Assembly: GCA_050084985.1 (NCBI GenBank) | Contig: JBITNC010000001.1 | Coordinates: 67,084,001 to 67,148,000, forward strand | Source of the DNA: Nageia nagi | Taxonomy: Eukaryota > Plantae > Pinophyta | Direction of reading: 5' to 3' | DNA length: 64,000 nt | Shown: one piece after another, positions 1-12,400 of the stretch | How the letters are laid out: each line of letters opens with the position of its first letter | Numbering within the stretch: the stretch's first letter is position 1 | Made by a program: the position numbers and the translations under genes | The notes under the pieces: generated by a model | Seen by the model: the letters and a program-made list of their open reading frames with translations, nothing else | Told to the model about the DNA's origin: nothing | Databases searched by the model: none

Positions 1-1823
1 AGATCTTCTGAAAGGATTGCCTCTTATTTAACCCTCCATTAGCCTTTGTGAAAATTACATCCTGATATTTCACACTTAAGGGTCTTTGGATATGAAGCAT
101 TTTCTTTCATAGTTTCTAAGAAAATGAAGAAGTTGGATAATAAGTTAGAAAAATGCATTTTTATGGGATATGACAGTCAACATAGAGAGTATAGGCTCTA
201 CTCTCCTTTAACAAAAGAAGTTTTTATTTTAAAGGACGTCAAATTCAGTGAGGTTCCTATTTGCTTTTCTTCAAGTAATGTCCTTGAAGACTCTTAAAAA
301 ATTCCTAAGTGGTTGGGTATCTTCAGATAATTCTCCTTAAGAAAAAAATTCTCCAACTTGGAGTATATCTAGAAGCATGACTTTGAATAAATCTTTTCTT
401 TGCTAAAATAAAAAATCATAATGAGCCTTCACCATTTAAGGAGGCAGCTAAACATGCTTGTTGGATGGATGCTATGAAGTTTGAATATGAGACGCTTATA
501 AATAATAGAACTTGGAACTTAGTTTCATACTCATCATCAAAGAATGTAATTGAGAATATGTGGATTTATAAGATCAAGTACAATTCAAAGGGTGAAATTG
601 AGAAATAGAAGACAAGGTTGGTTATTAAGCATTTCGCTCAAAAATATGGAATTGATTATGAGAAAACCTTTGCACTAGTAGCAAAGAAGGCTACGATCAG
701 ATTAATCCTTGCTCTTTCTGCAGCTCAAGGTTGGAAGATGCTTCAGCTTGACGTAAAACATTCATTTATCAATGGTGACTTAGATGTTGAAATCTTCATG
801 AGTCATCCAAAAGAGTTTTTTATGCAAGGAAATGAATCCCATGTATGCAAGCTAAAGAAGTCTTTGTATGGAATTAAGCAAGCACCCAGAGCATGATAAA
901 ACAAAATTTCAGGGTATTTTAAGATTCTTGAATTCTGCAAATACTACTCATATTCAGATCTTTATGTGCTCAATGAAGGAAAATACTTGATCTTAATTCT
1001 TCTATATGCAGATGATCTTTTGATCATGAGGAATAATTTGGTGATCATAAATGAATGCATAACCAAACTTAAGGAAAAATATAAAATGATTGATCTGATC
1101 TCTTGCACTACTACCTTGGTATGCAAGTGTATCAATGTAATGAATTTAGCTACCTTAGTCAGTCCAAATATATCTCAAATAATTTACAGAAGCTTGGAAT
1201 GGAAGAGTGTAAGCTTGTGGCTATTCCTGTTGCTCTTGGAATCAAGATGGAGACTAGTTCAAACTCTCAGTTGGTAGATGCTACGAAGTACACGAAGCTT
1301 ATTGATAGTCTTTTTTATTTAACTATCTCTAGTCTAGATATCGCCTATCCGGTAAATATGATGACAACATTTATGCACAAGCCTTATTTTGATCATTTGT
1401 TTACTGCTAAAAAATTTTGAGGTATATTACAAGAAAAAAGGATCTTTCCCTCAAGTTTACCAAGTTGCCTTTTTTTGTACTCTCAAGGTTCTCTAATTCT
1501 ATATATGGGGGTGATAGAGATAATAGAAAATCCACTTCAATGTATGTGTTTATATTGGATCAGGTGCTATCTCTTGATCTTCAAAGAAATAGCCTACTAC
1601 CACTTTGTGAACCACAGAAGTAGAATACAGAGCTATGACTGTTGCAGCTAAGGAAGCGATTTAGCCAAGGCATATTCTAATAGAAATTAGATATGAGCAA
1701 TGTTGATTAAGATTGTGTAATATATGCGTCGTGAGCAATCTTAACCAAAGTAAATCACGAACAGACTATATTGACAGTCTGATCTCCGAGAAGGTCGGTT
1801 CCTTATCTATTGGGCGTAGAAAA

Positions 1824-2071
1824 AGTAACAGGAAAGGAAATAAAAGAGTAGAGTGCGAGGAATTCAAGCAAAAGGGTTAGGGTAACAGGAAAGAAATAAA
1901 AAGAGTAGGGTGCGAGGAATTTAAGCAAAAGGCTTAGGGTAACAAGAGAGAAAATAAAAAGGAGTAGAGTGCGAGGAATTTAAGCAAAAGGCTTAGGGTA
2001 ACAAGAGAGAAAATAAAAAGGAGTAGAGTGCGAGGAATTTAAGCAAAAGGCTTAGGGTAACAAGAGAGAAA
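1824..2071. repeat. Tandem repeat, ~57-59 bp unit x ~4
   Basis: Unit GAGTAGAGTGCGAGGAATTTAAGCAAAAGGCTTAGGGTAACAAGAGAGAAAATAAAAAG; the last copies are near-identical with period 59. Confidence 0.95.
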
Positions 2072-2594
2072 GCAAAGGTGGATCACTAGTTCAGCGCGGG
2101 CTTTCACAGTGTGTGAAACCTTGGCTTGAATCTAGTGTAGCAACTATGGTACAAGCTCTCACTTTCTAATAGTTTCCCAGCTTTACTCTACCATGTAGCA
2201 GACACAGTTATACTAGCAACCCGTAATTATCATTCAGGAAACAAGCCAAACTGCCACGATGTAACCAAATTAAGAATGACAATTACGAGTGCTAGACAAG
2301 AAAGGTCAAGATGGTATCATATTACTGATGAAAACTACAGGTCTTCGAGAAAAAATGTAAAGAGCAATACTAGGCTTCCGACCCTTCTTTCACTTTATTT
2401 TCATATACTTATACTGCAGTGACAACAGTTACAAGAATTGCAGAACAGAAACGTTTACAAAAACGGCTTCAAGATTCTAGCCTTCTTTTAACTGATACTA
2501 CCTACATACGCCACTTGGCAGAATATTACAAAAACGGGGTAGATTGCAGATGATACGGCTTCTTGATAACTGTGATATGACCTCTTACTGGCCT

Positions 2595-3365
2595 CGTCTC
2601 TACATTTCAGAATGCTCTACTCACTAGCTCTGGCTATTTGATCGCTCCTTGCTGACCTCATCACTTCCGGGCTCCGATTTTGGGTTAAGGCCTGGAATCG
2701 CTGACCTCATCACTTACCTCCAGAATGTTTTGCTCACTAGCTCTGGCTTCTCAATTCCCCTTGCTGACCTCATCATCTCCGGGGCTCCATTTTGATTCAA
2801 AAATGTGAACATCGTTCTCCTTGGTGATGTCATCTCTACATTCCGGAATGCTCTACTCACTGGCTCCGGCTATTTGATCGCTCCTCGCTGACCTCATCAC
2901 TTCCGGGACCCGGTTTCATTCAAAAATGCGAACATCGTTCTCCCCGATGACATCATCTCTACATTCCGGAATGCTCTACTCACTAGCTCCGGCTATTTGA
3001 TCGCTCCTTGCTGACCTCATCACTTCCGGGCTCCGGTATTGGGTTAAGGCCCGGAATCACTGACATCATCTCTTCCGGAACGCTTTATTTACTGACCCCG
3101 GCTTCTCAATTCCCCTTGCTGACCTCATCATCTCCGGAAACCCGATCTTTACCAAAACGTGACTGTCTTATCCTCCGCGATGTCATCATTTTATTCCGGA
3201 ACGCTTTACTTTCGAAACACTTAATTTACAGGCTCCGGCTTCTTTTATTATCTCTTGCTGACCTCACCTCCTCCAGGACCCGGCTTTTCCACAACTAAGC
3301 TTCATCCTTTCTTCTGTGACGTCATCATTTCATTCTGGAACGCTTTATCTACTAACTCCGGCCTA
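2595..3365. repeat. Degenerate ~60/120-bp tandem array with a TGACCTCATCA core inside the solo LTR
   Basis: GCTGACCTCATCA(C)TTCCGG or TGAYRTCATC recurs about every 60 bp (~2651, 2700, 2763, 2823, 2887, 2946, 3010, 3060, 3118, 3178, 3257, 3316). Confidence 0.9.
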
Positions 3366-3722
3366 TTTTGTTTGCTCCCAAAAAAACTCCCGGGGATCTT
3401 AAAATGAACTCATGATTGCAAGTAAGGTACACCGGGGCTTTAATAAAGAATTTATTATGTATGAATATACAAGCAGGTTGGCCCATCCTTGATATCTTCA
3501 GATAATCAGTCTACCATTGCTTTGGCCAAAAATCATGTGTTCCATCTAAGAACAAAGCACAAAGAAATCCAAGCGCATTTCATTAGGGAGAAATTTTTGG
3601 ATGGCACCTTGCAGCTTAAGTAGTGTCCATCGAATAACAAGTCTATTGATTTGTTCACCAAACCCCTTTTTAAGACTCAATTCTGCAACTTTTGAAGGTA
3701 TCTCGGTTTGGTAAAGTTGCCC

Positions 3723-4022
3723 TAAAGGGGTAGTGGAGTTTGAATTCTTATTGAATTAATTTTTTATGATGATAAATTCACTTCTACGAAGATCTTTTGG
3801 CTATATAGTGTTGATCTTTGTGTACATATTTTTTTATTTTCCATGTGTGAGTAACTAGTATGTGCATGTTGGCATTATTTAGTTATCCACATGAGATGAA
3901 CTTGTTTGTACACTTCTTGCACTATTTAGTTATCCATGTGTAAGGAACTTGTATGTGCATGATTGGATGTATATCCTATATTTTTTATAATAATGATCAA
4001 AACATGTGTTTCTTATACAACA
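3723..4022 (+). mobile_element. Probable PPT and 3' LTR of the first Copia
   Basis: AAAGGGGTAG followed by TG directly after the RNase H end. Candidate end CAACA at 4022. No second LTR in the window to confirm. Confidence 0.4.
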
Positions 4023-4420
4023 GGTGACTAAGTTTGCTTAACATATTTATGATGAATTATAGTGGACCATTTGATTAGTTTATGGATAATATTGTTTGAT
4101 GCATCTAATCGATTTTGTGTATGAGTTGCTTGTAGCTTGCATATTTCTTATTAAAATTATAGGTTAGTTAATTCAGGTATGCAGGCTTATCATATTAACA
4201 TATTATTCAATGACTACTACATGTACATTGAAACCATTTATGATTAATTATTAATGTATTATAAACTATTTGTTCAAATAGTTATGTAGATGAGCCTTAA
4301 TCAGATTATATTACTTCTCAAGATGTCAAGTTCTCATCTCCAATTGTATATCTTTTGGAGGAGAACTCTTTAATACTCTTTTTCTCTCTATTTCTCTTCT
4401 CTATACTCCAATATTACATT

Positions 4421-4945
4421 AAAGGGGAGTGTTAGAATAAATAATGCACTATTATAAATTTTATTCTTTAGAAGGTATCTAAAGAATAATAAATCTTCTC
4501 CTAATGTAACTCTAATTAAATACACTTAAATACTTAAAAGTATCCTAAATAATTTTTAAGTATTTAATGAATTTAATATTCTCCTCCACTCAACCTTATG
4601 GCCATCTCATGGGCATAAAGATGAACATCCTAGGTGCATAGATATTCTCCTATAAATAGAAGGTCTTCCTTAAGCCTCCTACATTTGATTTTGAATGATT
4701 GTTATGCTTTTAGAGTGTAGGTTGATAGAAGGAGACAATTGTAATTTTGTAATAGGATTTTATGATTCTTGACAAGTAATAGATTCCTTCTTAGAGTGGA
4801 GTACTCTCTTGATAGAGAGGAACCACTATACATGATTATTTCACTTGTATGTGATTGAGTGATTATCTCTTATGTTATTACTTGAAGTAGAAGAACACTT
4901 CAGGGTGATCTAGGGTATAAGAGTTTCATCCCTTTCAAAGACATA
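4421..4945 (+). mobile_element. PPT and Copia-type LTR fragment
   Basis: AAAGGGGAG|TGTTAGAAT at 4421-4438; CTATAAATAG at ~4650. 3' end uncertain. Confidence 0.6.
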
Positions 4946-5049
4946 TGAGAATGATATGCAAAGGAGGAATATACTTAATGAGAAAGGTGGAATGCTTAAT
5001 CAACTATTTGGCCAAGTAATGCAAAGCAATGTATGAGCAAAACTTGTAC

Positions 5050-6185
5050 ATTTAGTAACTACTTTCAAAATTCTACAAATAGGTAAACCAATTTCAAATT
5101 ATCTTTAATAGAAATATTATTTACAATTTATAGACGTGTATCATTTCCTTCATTCACATAGATTAGAGCCTAGTGCGTGGGAAATTGTAAAATATGAAAA
5201 GATTTGCAAGGGAAGCAAATCAAGTCCAAGAATACAAAAAATGCACATCACATATGTGAAAGAACCTTAATCAAAACTGATCATATTGAAATGAGAATGG
5301 AGCCCACATAAATAGGAAAAAATACAAGCTAGTGTACAAAAGCATGTCAACTATGCATGAATGGGAAAATCTACAAAGTGAACAAAAATATTGTTATCAC
5401 CACAAAAATCTAGCTAGAAATAATAAGATTTAGGAAAATAATAAAATACTCTTAATTGAACTTAATACTCTAACACCCCCCTTTAAGTGAGAAAGGAGGT
5501 AATGTAACTGGAACATCCACATAAATCAATCTCGAAAATCAGGCCTGATCAGGTACTCATGTGCAATATGTGCAAAGAATCTACTGAAAGATGATGAAAA
5601 AACCACATGGGGAAAAATCATCTCACAAGAAGAGGATGGAGAGGAATATGTATTCATCAAAACTCCCGAAGCACAACTTACTACACCTCAAGAAAGCCAC
5701 ACAACTCAAGGAAACGAGTTAAGGATTTGATGAATATATCCACATTCTGCTACTCTGTAGGAATGTACTCCAAGATGAAAGTGCAACCTTGGATGTATTG
5801 ATGGATGAAGTGCATGTGGACCTCAATATATTTGGTACGTTGATGCCTAATAGGATTGCACAATATGTGGATCACGATATGATTTTCACATCAAAGAATT
5901 ATGGTTTGAGATTGGGGAAAACCAAACTCCTCTAATAACTATTGAAGAAAAAGTTCCTCCTGAATCGCATAAATAGCTTCCCTATACTCTATCTTAATCG
6001 ATGATAGTGCAATAGCCTTTTGCTTTTTGCATGACCAAACAATGAGAGAAGTACCTAGATAAAACACATAGAAACAAGCGGAACAACGATTATCTGAAGA
6101 ACCATTCGAATCAAAATCTGTATATTCAATAAACACAAGATCACCTCTCATGTAATTCAGATCGAAGTGGGTAGTGCAACTATCC
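5050..6185 (-). mobile_element. Copia 3' fragment: RNase H, PPT and start of 3' LTR
   Basis: Minus frames YTDFD..WSCKKQKAIALSSIKIEY (5939-6151) and NPIRHQRTKYIEVHMHFI (~5800-5870). PPT AAAGGGGGG (5484-5476) is followed by TGTTAG at 5475. Left boundary approximate. Confidence 0.85.
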
Positions 6186-6190
6186 TCTCA

Positions 6191-7700
6191 TGTTTGAGGA
6201 TTGTAAGAGAGTTGTATTTGTGATTGAAGTAAAGATCTAGTTAGTGTTATCTTTGTGAGATTGCTTTGTGTGATAGTTAGATGTGAATTGAGAGCTTTCA
6301 TATGATCTTGGTTGCTTAAGAATTATCTTGTTGGTGTTAGTTCCTTCACAAATCTATGAAAGACTTTAATATTCCTTAACTTGAGGTTATAGCAAATTGA
6401 TATGGTGTTATACAAAAGGAAATGTTGGCATATTTAATAAGTATGATAAATGCTTATTTCTAAGGCCTATATATTATAGATATAAACTTGTTAGAGAAGT
6501 GCACTATTGTACAAAAGTTGATTGAACCCTAAAGAAGTTTAGTGAGCTAAGTGTATAACTTAAGACTACTATCCTCCCTTAGATAGTAATCCATTAAGAA
6601 TCACCTAAAAACCTAGAGTATGTGTTAGGTTTACAGGGTAAAACATAAATAAAGTTAAAACCAAAAATCTATATGCAAGGTATATGTATTCCATTTCTTA
6701 AGGACCACAAACGCATAGGAGATTGTATTATGCATAAAGTATAATTCTATGTGTCTCTTGGTAAGGAATGTCATGTGATGCATTTTCTTAAGAGAGTGTA
6801 CTGTTTGAAGTGCATTTGTATCCTCATGCACAACTTTGAACACATTACTCTTAGGGAGTTATGGATTGAATCTCAGTAAGGGAAATGTCTAACTCGTGAA
6901 CCCTTCAATGAGTTATCAGTTCAAGAAATGCACTCGTCATTGAAAGAGTATTAGTTTGCATTTTGCATATATTTGTGTGTATAACACCTAGGTGGATAAA
7001 TGTATCCTTAAGATATTTTATATTGTTCTCAATATTTTTGTGTGCTTTTCTAGCCACTATACTAACCAACATACCAATATTTTAACTTGATATTAAAAAT
7101 ACCCCCTATATCCACTCACATGGTATTTATCATTTCCTAATAGTTAACCCCTATGTTTGAACTCAAGTCAATGATGATTTGTTCATCTCTATTATAGAGC
7201 TCAAAGCTCTTAAGCAAGGCATTCTCGATGTGGTTAAGCTAGGAACAAAGTTGCATTTGATTGAAAGAAATGATGCAACAATAAAAACCATAACCAAAGT
7301 CGGGAAATCATTATAATATTATCCTAAATTATATCCCATGGTTGATAGTTCACACACTGGTTGGTAAAATTATACACCCTGAAACTATTGCTACCTTGGT
7401 GGATTGAATGAAACTATTGCTTTAAAATGTAAATTAATTAAAAGAATTAATGATAAAAAAGCTCTTGTAGAGACAACCATTCTTCAGGTTGGCCTACAAC
7501 CAATAGACTTAAAAATAAATGTTCATATTGTGAACCTGGACACTATTTGAAATTAAGGTTTCGAGGTGATGCAGTCCATGTATAGAACCTTTTTTCAAAA
7601 TTGTTCTTCACCAAACATGGCTCTTCCTTTCCCAGAAACTACTCTAAATGCTTTGTTCTCCCACTTTCATGGCTTCGCTCAAACTTCAAAACTTCTCCAT
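6191..7700 (+). mobile_element. LTR-like segment, PBS-like TGGTAT and possible Gypsy protease remnant
   Basis: Non-coding LTR-like composition ending ...CTCACA (7120), then TGGTAT (partial tRNA-iMet PBS). Weak protease-like frame TTILQVGLQPIDLKINVHIVNLD at ~7470-7545. Confidence 0.35.
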
Positions 7701-7949
7701 TATGGCATTATCAAACATGGTAGTTCAACACATTGAATGCACCTTACCTTAAAACTTTGATGTTTCTCTTGATGATATTTACTAATTTCTAAATTTGAAG
7801 GGGTTAATATAAACAATATTTATTAAATTTTGGTGAGTTTTACAACATAAAATGTGTAATTATAATACTTAGGCGAATAATTATGATCAATCATTTTTAA
7901 TTATAAATTTTTCGTGATTTTAACTTTTACGTTCTTGGAGATGGCTATT

Positions 7950-10100
7950 TCAATTTCATTTCTACAAATCATTTTACACTTTTGGCTCTTTAATCATGCA
8001 AAACAATTTCCTATTATAAAATTTTGGCGATTTAGAAAACAATTCTACTCTCAGCTTATTTTAGAAATCCTAACAATAGCCTTCTTCCGAGGAATTGAAC
8101 TTAAAAAAAAACTTGATAGATGATGTCTTCAATACTTTTCAAATAAACATCCAAATATATTTTCTTCAACAAGTTTGAGGAACTAAGTTGTTGCAAAGAG
8201 GACTAATCTATGATTTCAATAATTTCTTTATCTTTGGTCTTTAGCCCATCATGTTCATCTTGCTTTTCCTTATTCATAATTTTATCACCTTCTCCATGAT
8301 ATTCCTTATCATCTTCACCATTTCTTGATTGAGAATTTTGTCTATTAGATGCTCTACTAGAACTTGACTTGTTTTGTGGAGTTGCATCCTTCTTGTTTTC
8401 AAATCTACTCTAAGTTTAATTTTAGATTAAGTGGTCTCTTTCGCCATGTTTAAAATCAGGATGACATGTTCTACATCATCACTTTGTGTTGTATCTTCAT
8501 CCTAAATCAAAGAACTATATGCAACTTGCAATGCTAACCTTGAAGGTGGATCTACAAGAGTAGGAGTTACATTTGCCCTTATTTCTCCTTCTAAATCAAT
8601 AATTTTAGCTTCTTCACTATCAATTCTACTACTATTGTTCTTTCTATCACTTCTTATATTGCTTTATTCTCCACTTGAGGATGAACTCCCATAAGGTGAA
8701 TTAGGATTTTCCTCTTGAACATTAGTCCCAATAGTTTCTATAATGTTCGACTTTGGTATCTTCTCCTTATTCATAGCCTTCTCTTTCTTGAATCTCATCA
8801 TTTTCTTCTTTGATAATTTGGAATGAAATATTTTGAACATGAAGTTTAGAGATATCATTTCAATACCTATTAATAATCCTCAATGAATGGTATTTATAAG
8901 AAGAATGAAATCTCTGGTAGTATTTATCAATGACACTTTCATTACAATGAGTTTTCCTTTCTAATCATCCCAAAGAAAACGATTTCATCTCTTTTGTGAT
9001 TGGTTATGACTCTAACCACTCCTTCCTTATTTTCTTTTATGAATTACTCATGTAAATGAGAAGCTTGTTTGGAAAATTCAAATAACAACTTGTCACAGAC
9101 ATAACAAGGTAACTTTAAAGGTTTTGAATCAACTCCAAAGAATTTGATGTAAGACACATCAAGTTACTCAAAGTAGAAATTTCCATGACCTTTCAATAAA
9201 GTGATGTCACTTGTGTAATCCTTGGAATATTATCTTCTCCTTTGATTTCTTTGCAAATGGCATACTCCTAATTGCCATTCCTCATTCTGACGTAATTCCA
9301 CTTTTCCTCATTGTATAGCTTAGGATGAGCAATGTAGATGGGAACATTGTTCTTAAGAATCATTTTTCAATTCTTGTGAGCATTTGATCTATTTTTTCCC
9401 TTAAGAGATCGACCAAATATGAATTGTAATAGAATTGGTTGATTATTTCATCACTGATGAATTGGCTCCATCTGATCATATTTCCTTCTCCAACAATAAA
9501 AAAAATACTAAAAACATATTTTTCAAACTTCATCTCTATAGATTTACCAACGATTAGGCATAATACAGTAATAGTTTTACTTATCATATCTTCAAACATA
9601 CATCTTTCAGCTTTCATTATAGCTTAATGGTTGAGCCCATGATGTTTTTCTTCAACCACAAATGGACTAAATCGGTTGGTTTTGTTGATGGTTTGACCCT
9701 GGTGAATTCTTTCTCTTAATCTTTTTCTATGTAGATGATTCCTCTATTCGACCATGTCATTGCTACTTTAATACATTTCTTGATTAATACAAAAATAATA
9801 TTCTGTTGAATATCTTTGACTTCCCTAGTTTAAAAGTTTATATAACAAGCAACTTCAAGAACTAAATTTTGGAAATCTTACTAAGAAGGGAATGAAAACA
9901 ACATTGAACAAAATAGAAGAATGCAACAGGTCTTTTTTCTTCTCTTCTTTAGTAAGGTCTACTTGGTCTCTGATTATAGAAACTAGATTTCAATGATTCC
10001 ATAATAGATCTCTCAAATAGAGTTTTGGCTCTAGGATTTGAAAAAGTTGAAATAAAGAAAGCCTATAGCCTAACGATTATAAAATATATTTTATATCAAG
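7950..10100 (-). pseudogene. ORF-X copy 1 (TE-borne protein of unknown function), decayed
   Basis: Minus frames VVFIPFLVRFP..LEVA (~9850-9905), IRWSQFISDEI..FYYNSYLV (9410-9480) and KGHGNFYF..SYIKFFGVDSKPLKLPCYVCDK (9075-9195). Same motifs and order as the other copies. Candidate LTR start TGTATGATCG (minus) at 10645. Confidence 0.8.
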
Positions 10101-10699
10101 TATTTGTGCAATTCTTTATAATATCATTCTTGAAACTTATAAGATGGATTCCAAGTAGAATTCACTTATCTATCTTTTTGCTTCGAGAATCAATGTCCTT
10201 TTAGAATTCTAATAAGGTATGAAAGATAGAATTTTGAAGAACAAGCTAACAACTAAATTTTATTATAGAATAATATATCTCCTACAAGTTGATAACCTAT
10301 GAGCAATCAAATTGTACTAAGTGTTATCCCTAACAAGAATTCATCAACAGAATGTAAACATTTATGGAAACCTTTATATATCATGATTAGGTGGCTTAAG
10401 TTGTAATACACATTCACCTATCAAATTTATGTGAAACAAAGAAAGGAAAAATCATTGAAGGAAATTCGATAAATCGACAATTTAACCAAGTAGTTGAATT
10501 AGGATAAGTGACATCATTAAGGGTTAACTCTTATGATAAAGGAATTATTTATGATGGAAAACATGATTAAAGTTATCCAACCAAACTAGAGAAAAACTTA
10601 TGTTACAATTTGACAACCACCATGTGTAAAAAGGACGATCATACATCCCTTGTTGTCCGCTTTTTCGTTGACAAAAAAAAATGGTTAACAAACTTCTCT

Positions 10700-12400
10700 G
10701 AATTTCTCTTCTTATTGGTGGTGCTACAAGTGGTTTCCAGTAAGGAAGTGTGGTGATCTGATGACTAATCTTTTCAATTTAGTCTACAAATCAATGTTAA
10801 TTCCTTCAAATCACCAAGGCTAGGACTTGATCTCAAGTGCAACCTAGAGTGCATCTATATATAAACAATATATTTTTTCATGGCTCTCTCAATATTTTGT
10901 TTGAGTCTTGATTTAAACCATTCAATCTTTTAGTTTTTAGTCATACGTTCTTATATCTTGCATGATATTGCTTTGAATCTCTTATCAAATTTATGGACCG
11001 TATCTTTTAGTCCTTGGATCATATGTATCATCTTTCTAAAACTTTCCATTTCAACCTTAAGAAAGTAGTATTATTACTCGAAAGCGATTCTAATTTTCTC
11101 ATCTTGTTTTATTTAATTTGTTTACTGCCACTATTTTAAACTTTATTAGCCATTGAAGTATTTCATCTCTCAAAGTTATTGTGAAGTCATTCCTTCATTG
11201 CTAGTCATTTTCTAGAATAACAAGTGTTCTTTGGCATAATTAATGTCTTTTTGAAAAAATGGTAGTCTGAATCTCAAGACAAAATCATTTCGTATCTTTG
11301 TTTTACTTATTGGTTTAAGCATCTAGTGTTCGATTGATGTGCGATGTTCATAACCTTATTTGATGGTGATTATATGCACTTGGTTGATCTTTAGTTAGAT
11401 TTGTATCAAAGAATATTTGTTCTTGAACCACTTTGAATATTTCCTTATGTCACAAGTTATCATTTTCTTCTTCTTCTTTGTGTGATGACGATTTAGTAAT
11501 TCTATTTTATCAAATGGAATGAACGACTAGGAGAGCTTGCAAATTGATGAGGTTTGTGGATGATGTTTTCTTGTTCTTATATGCATCAACATTATATTAG
11601 TAAAGGCATCATCATGTTCCACAGAAAATATTAATGATCGATCAATGGTCCTTTCTATTTCTTCTTTTTCTGATTCATTTAAGGTATTTTCATTATTGGT
11701 AGAGGTAAAATCACCATCTCTTCGAAATAGTTTGTTAATATCCTCACTTTATCCTTCAACGAGAGTCTCTACATTCATCTAGGAAACAACTATTGGGTCA
11801 ATATTATGTGTATAGAGGAATAAATCATTAGAAAAGAACTTCAAGACTTTTCTTTGAGTGGGGGTGTTCACATCACAAAGAGGTGTGTCCTACCACTCTT
11901 CTTGAGTTTCTAACAAATTGCTAATTTTTGGTAATTCTTAAATGTTTGTCGATTCTCATATTTCTCAAAATCCTTCAAGTTTTTGAGAAGTTAAAGTTTG
12001 CTCAACATTATTTATAGGGAGTATGTCCTTATCTTCTTCGCTCATATTTCTATTTGATTCATCTTCTTAATTTAGTGATCAAAGATCTACTTAGCTTAGA
12101 GGAGTAGTATGTTGTTCCTATTTTTGAGTTACACCATCAAGGTTTTCCTTTTCTTATAGAGATATTGTTTCTTCCATAGTATGATTATTATTCTTAGAAG
12201 TTTCCACATAGTTTACTTCCGTTTGTGGTGGTGGCAAATTGTTAGTCAGTATCTCCTCAATATTCTATTTATTTTGAATTATTAAATCCTCTACTAATCC
12301 TTCTAGTCTTTTATTTGTTCCTTTTAATAGTTCATCAAGTTGAGAACTGGAGGAAGTGGAGGCCTAATTATTCATTCTAAGCTTCCCTTGGAAAGCTTGA
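10700..12400 (-). pseudogene. Degenerate charged, Ser-rich reading-frame remnant, possibly the C-terminal part of another ORF-X
   Basis: Minus pieces such as ASTSSSSQLDELLKGTNKRLEGLVEDLII and MIHMIQGLKDTVHKFDKRF. Only weak resemblance to the ORF-X tail. Confidence 0.3.

Larger units (their letters stand above)
1701..3471. mobile_element. Solo LTR (1771 bp) inserted in Copia RNase H
   Basis: Starts TGTTG (1701) and ends ATACA (3471). Flanks AGCAA/AGCAG are a 5-bp TSD with one mismatch. Removing it restores YEQVGPSLI..DNQS. Much richer in CpG than its host. Confidence 0.88.
1..3720 (+). mobile_element. Degenerate Ty1/Copia pol (integrase C-terminus, RT, RNase H), interrupted at 1701-3471
   Basis: Frames give KCIFMGYD..YRLY (~150-200), KYGIDYEKTFA..LQLDVKHSFINGDL..KLKKSLYGIKQAPRA (618-896), LYADDLL, YYLGMQV and DRDNRKSTS. 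After the insertion the frame resumes as DNQSTIALAKNHVFHLRTKH..HFIREK. Many stops and frameshifts. Confidence 0.95.

Noticed and set aside
3008-3298. 96-aa ORF in the solo LTR, and the many other 60-120 aa ORFs in the track
   Set aside because: Products of repeats, antisense shadows of TE frames or AT-rich noise; no independent coding evidence.
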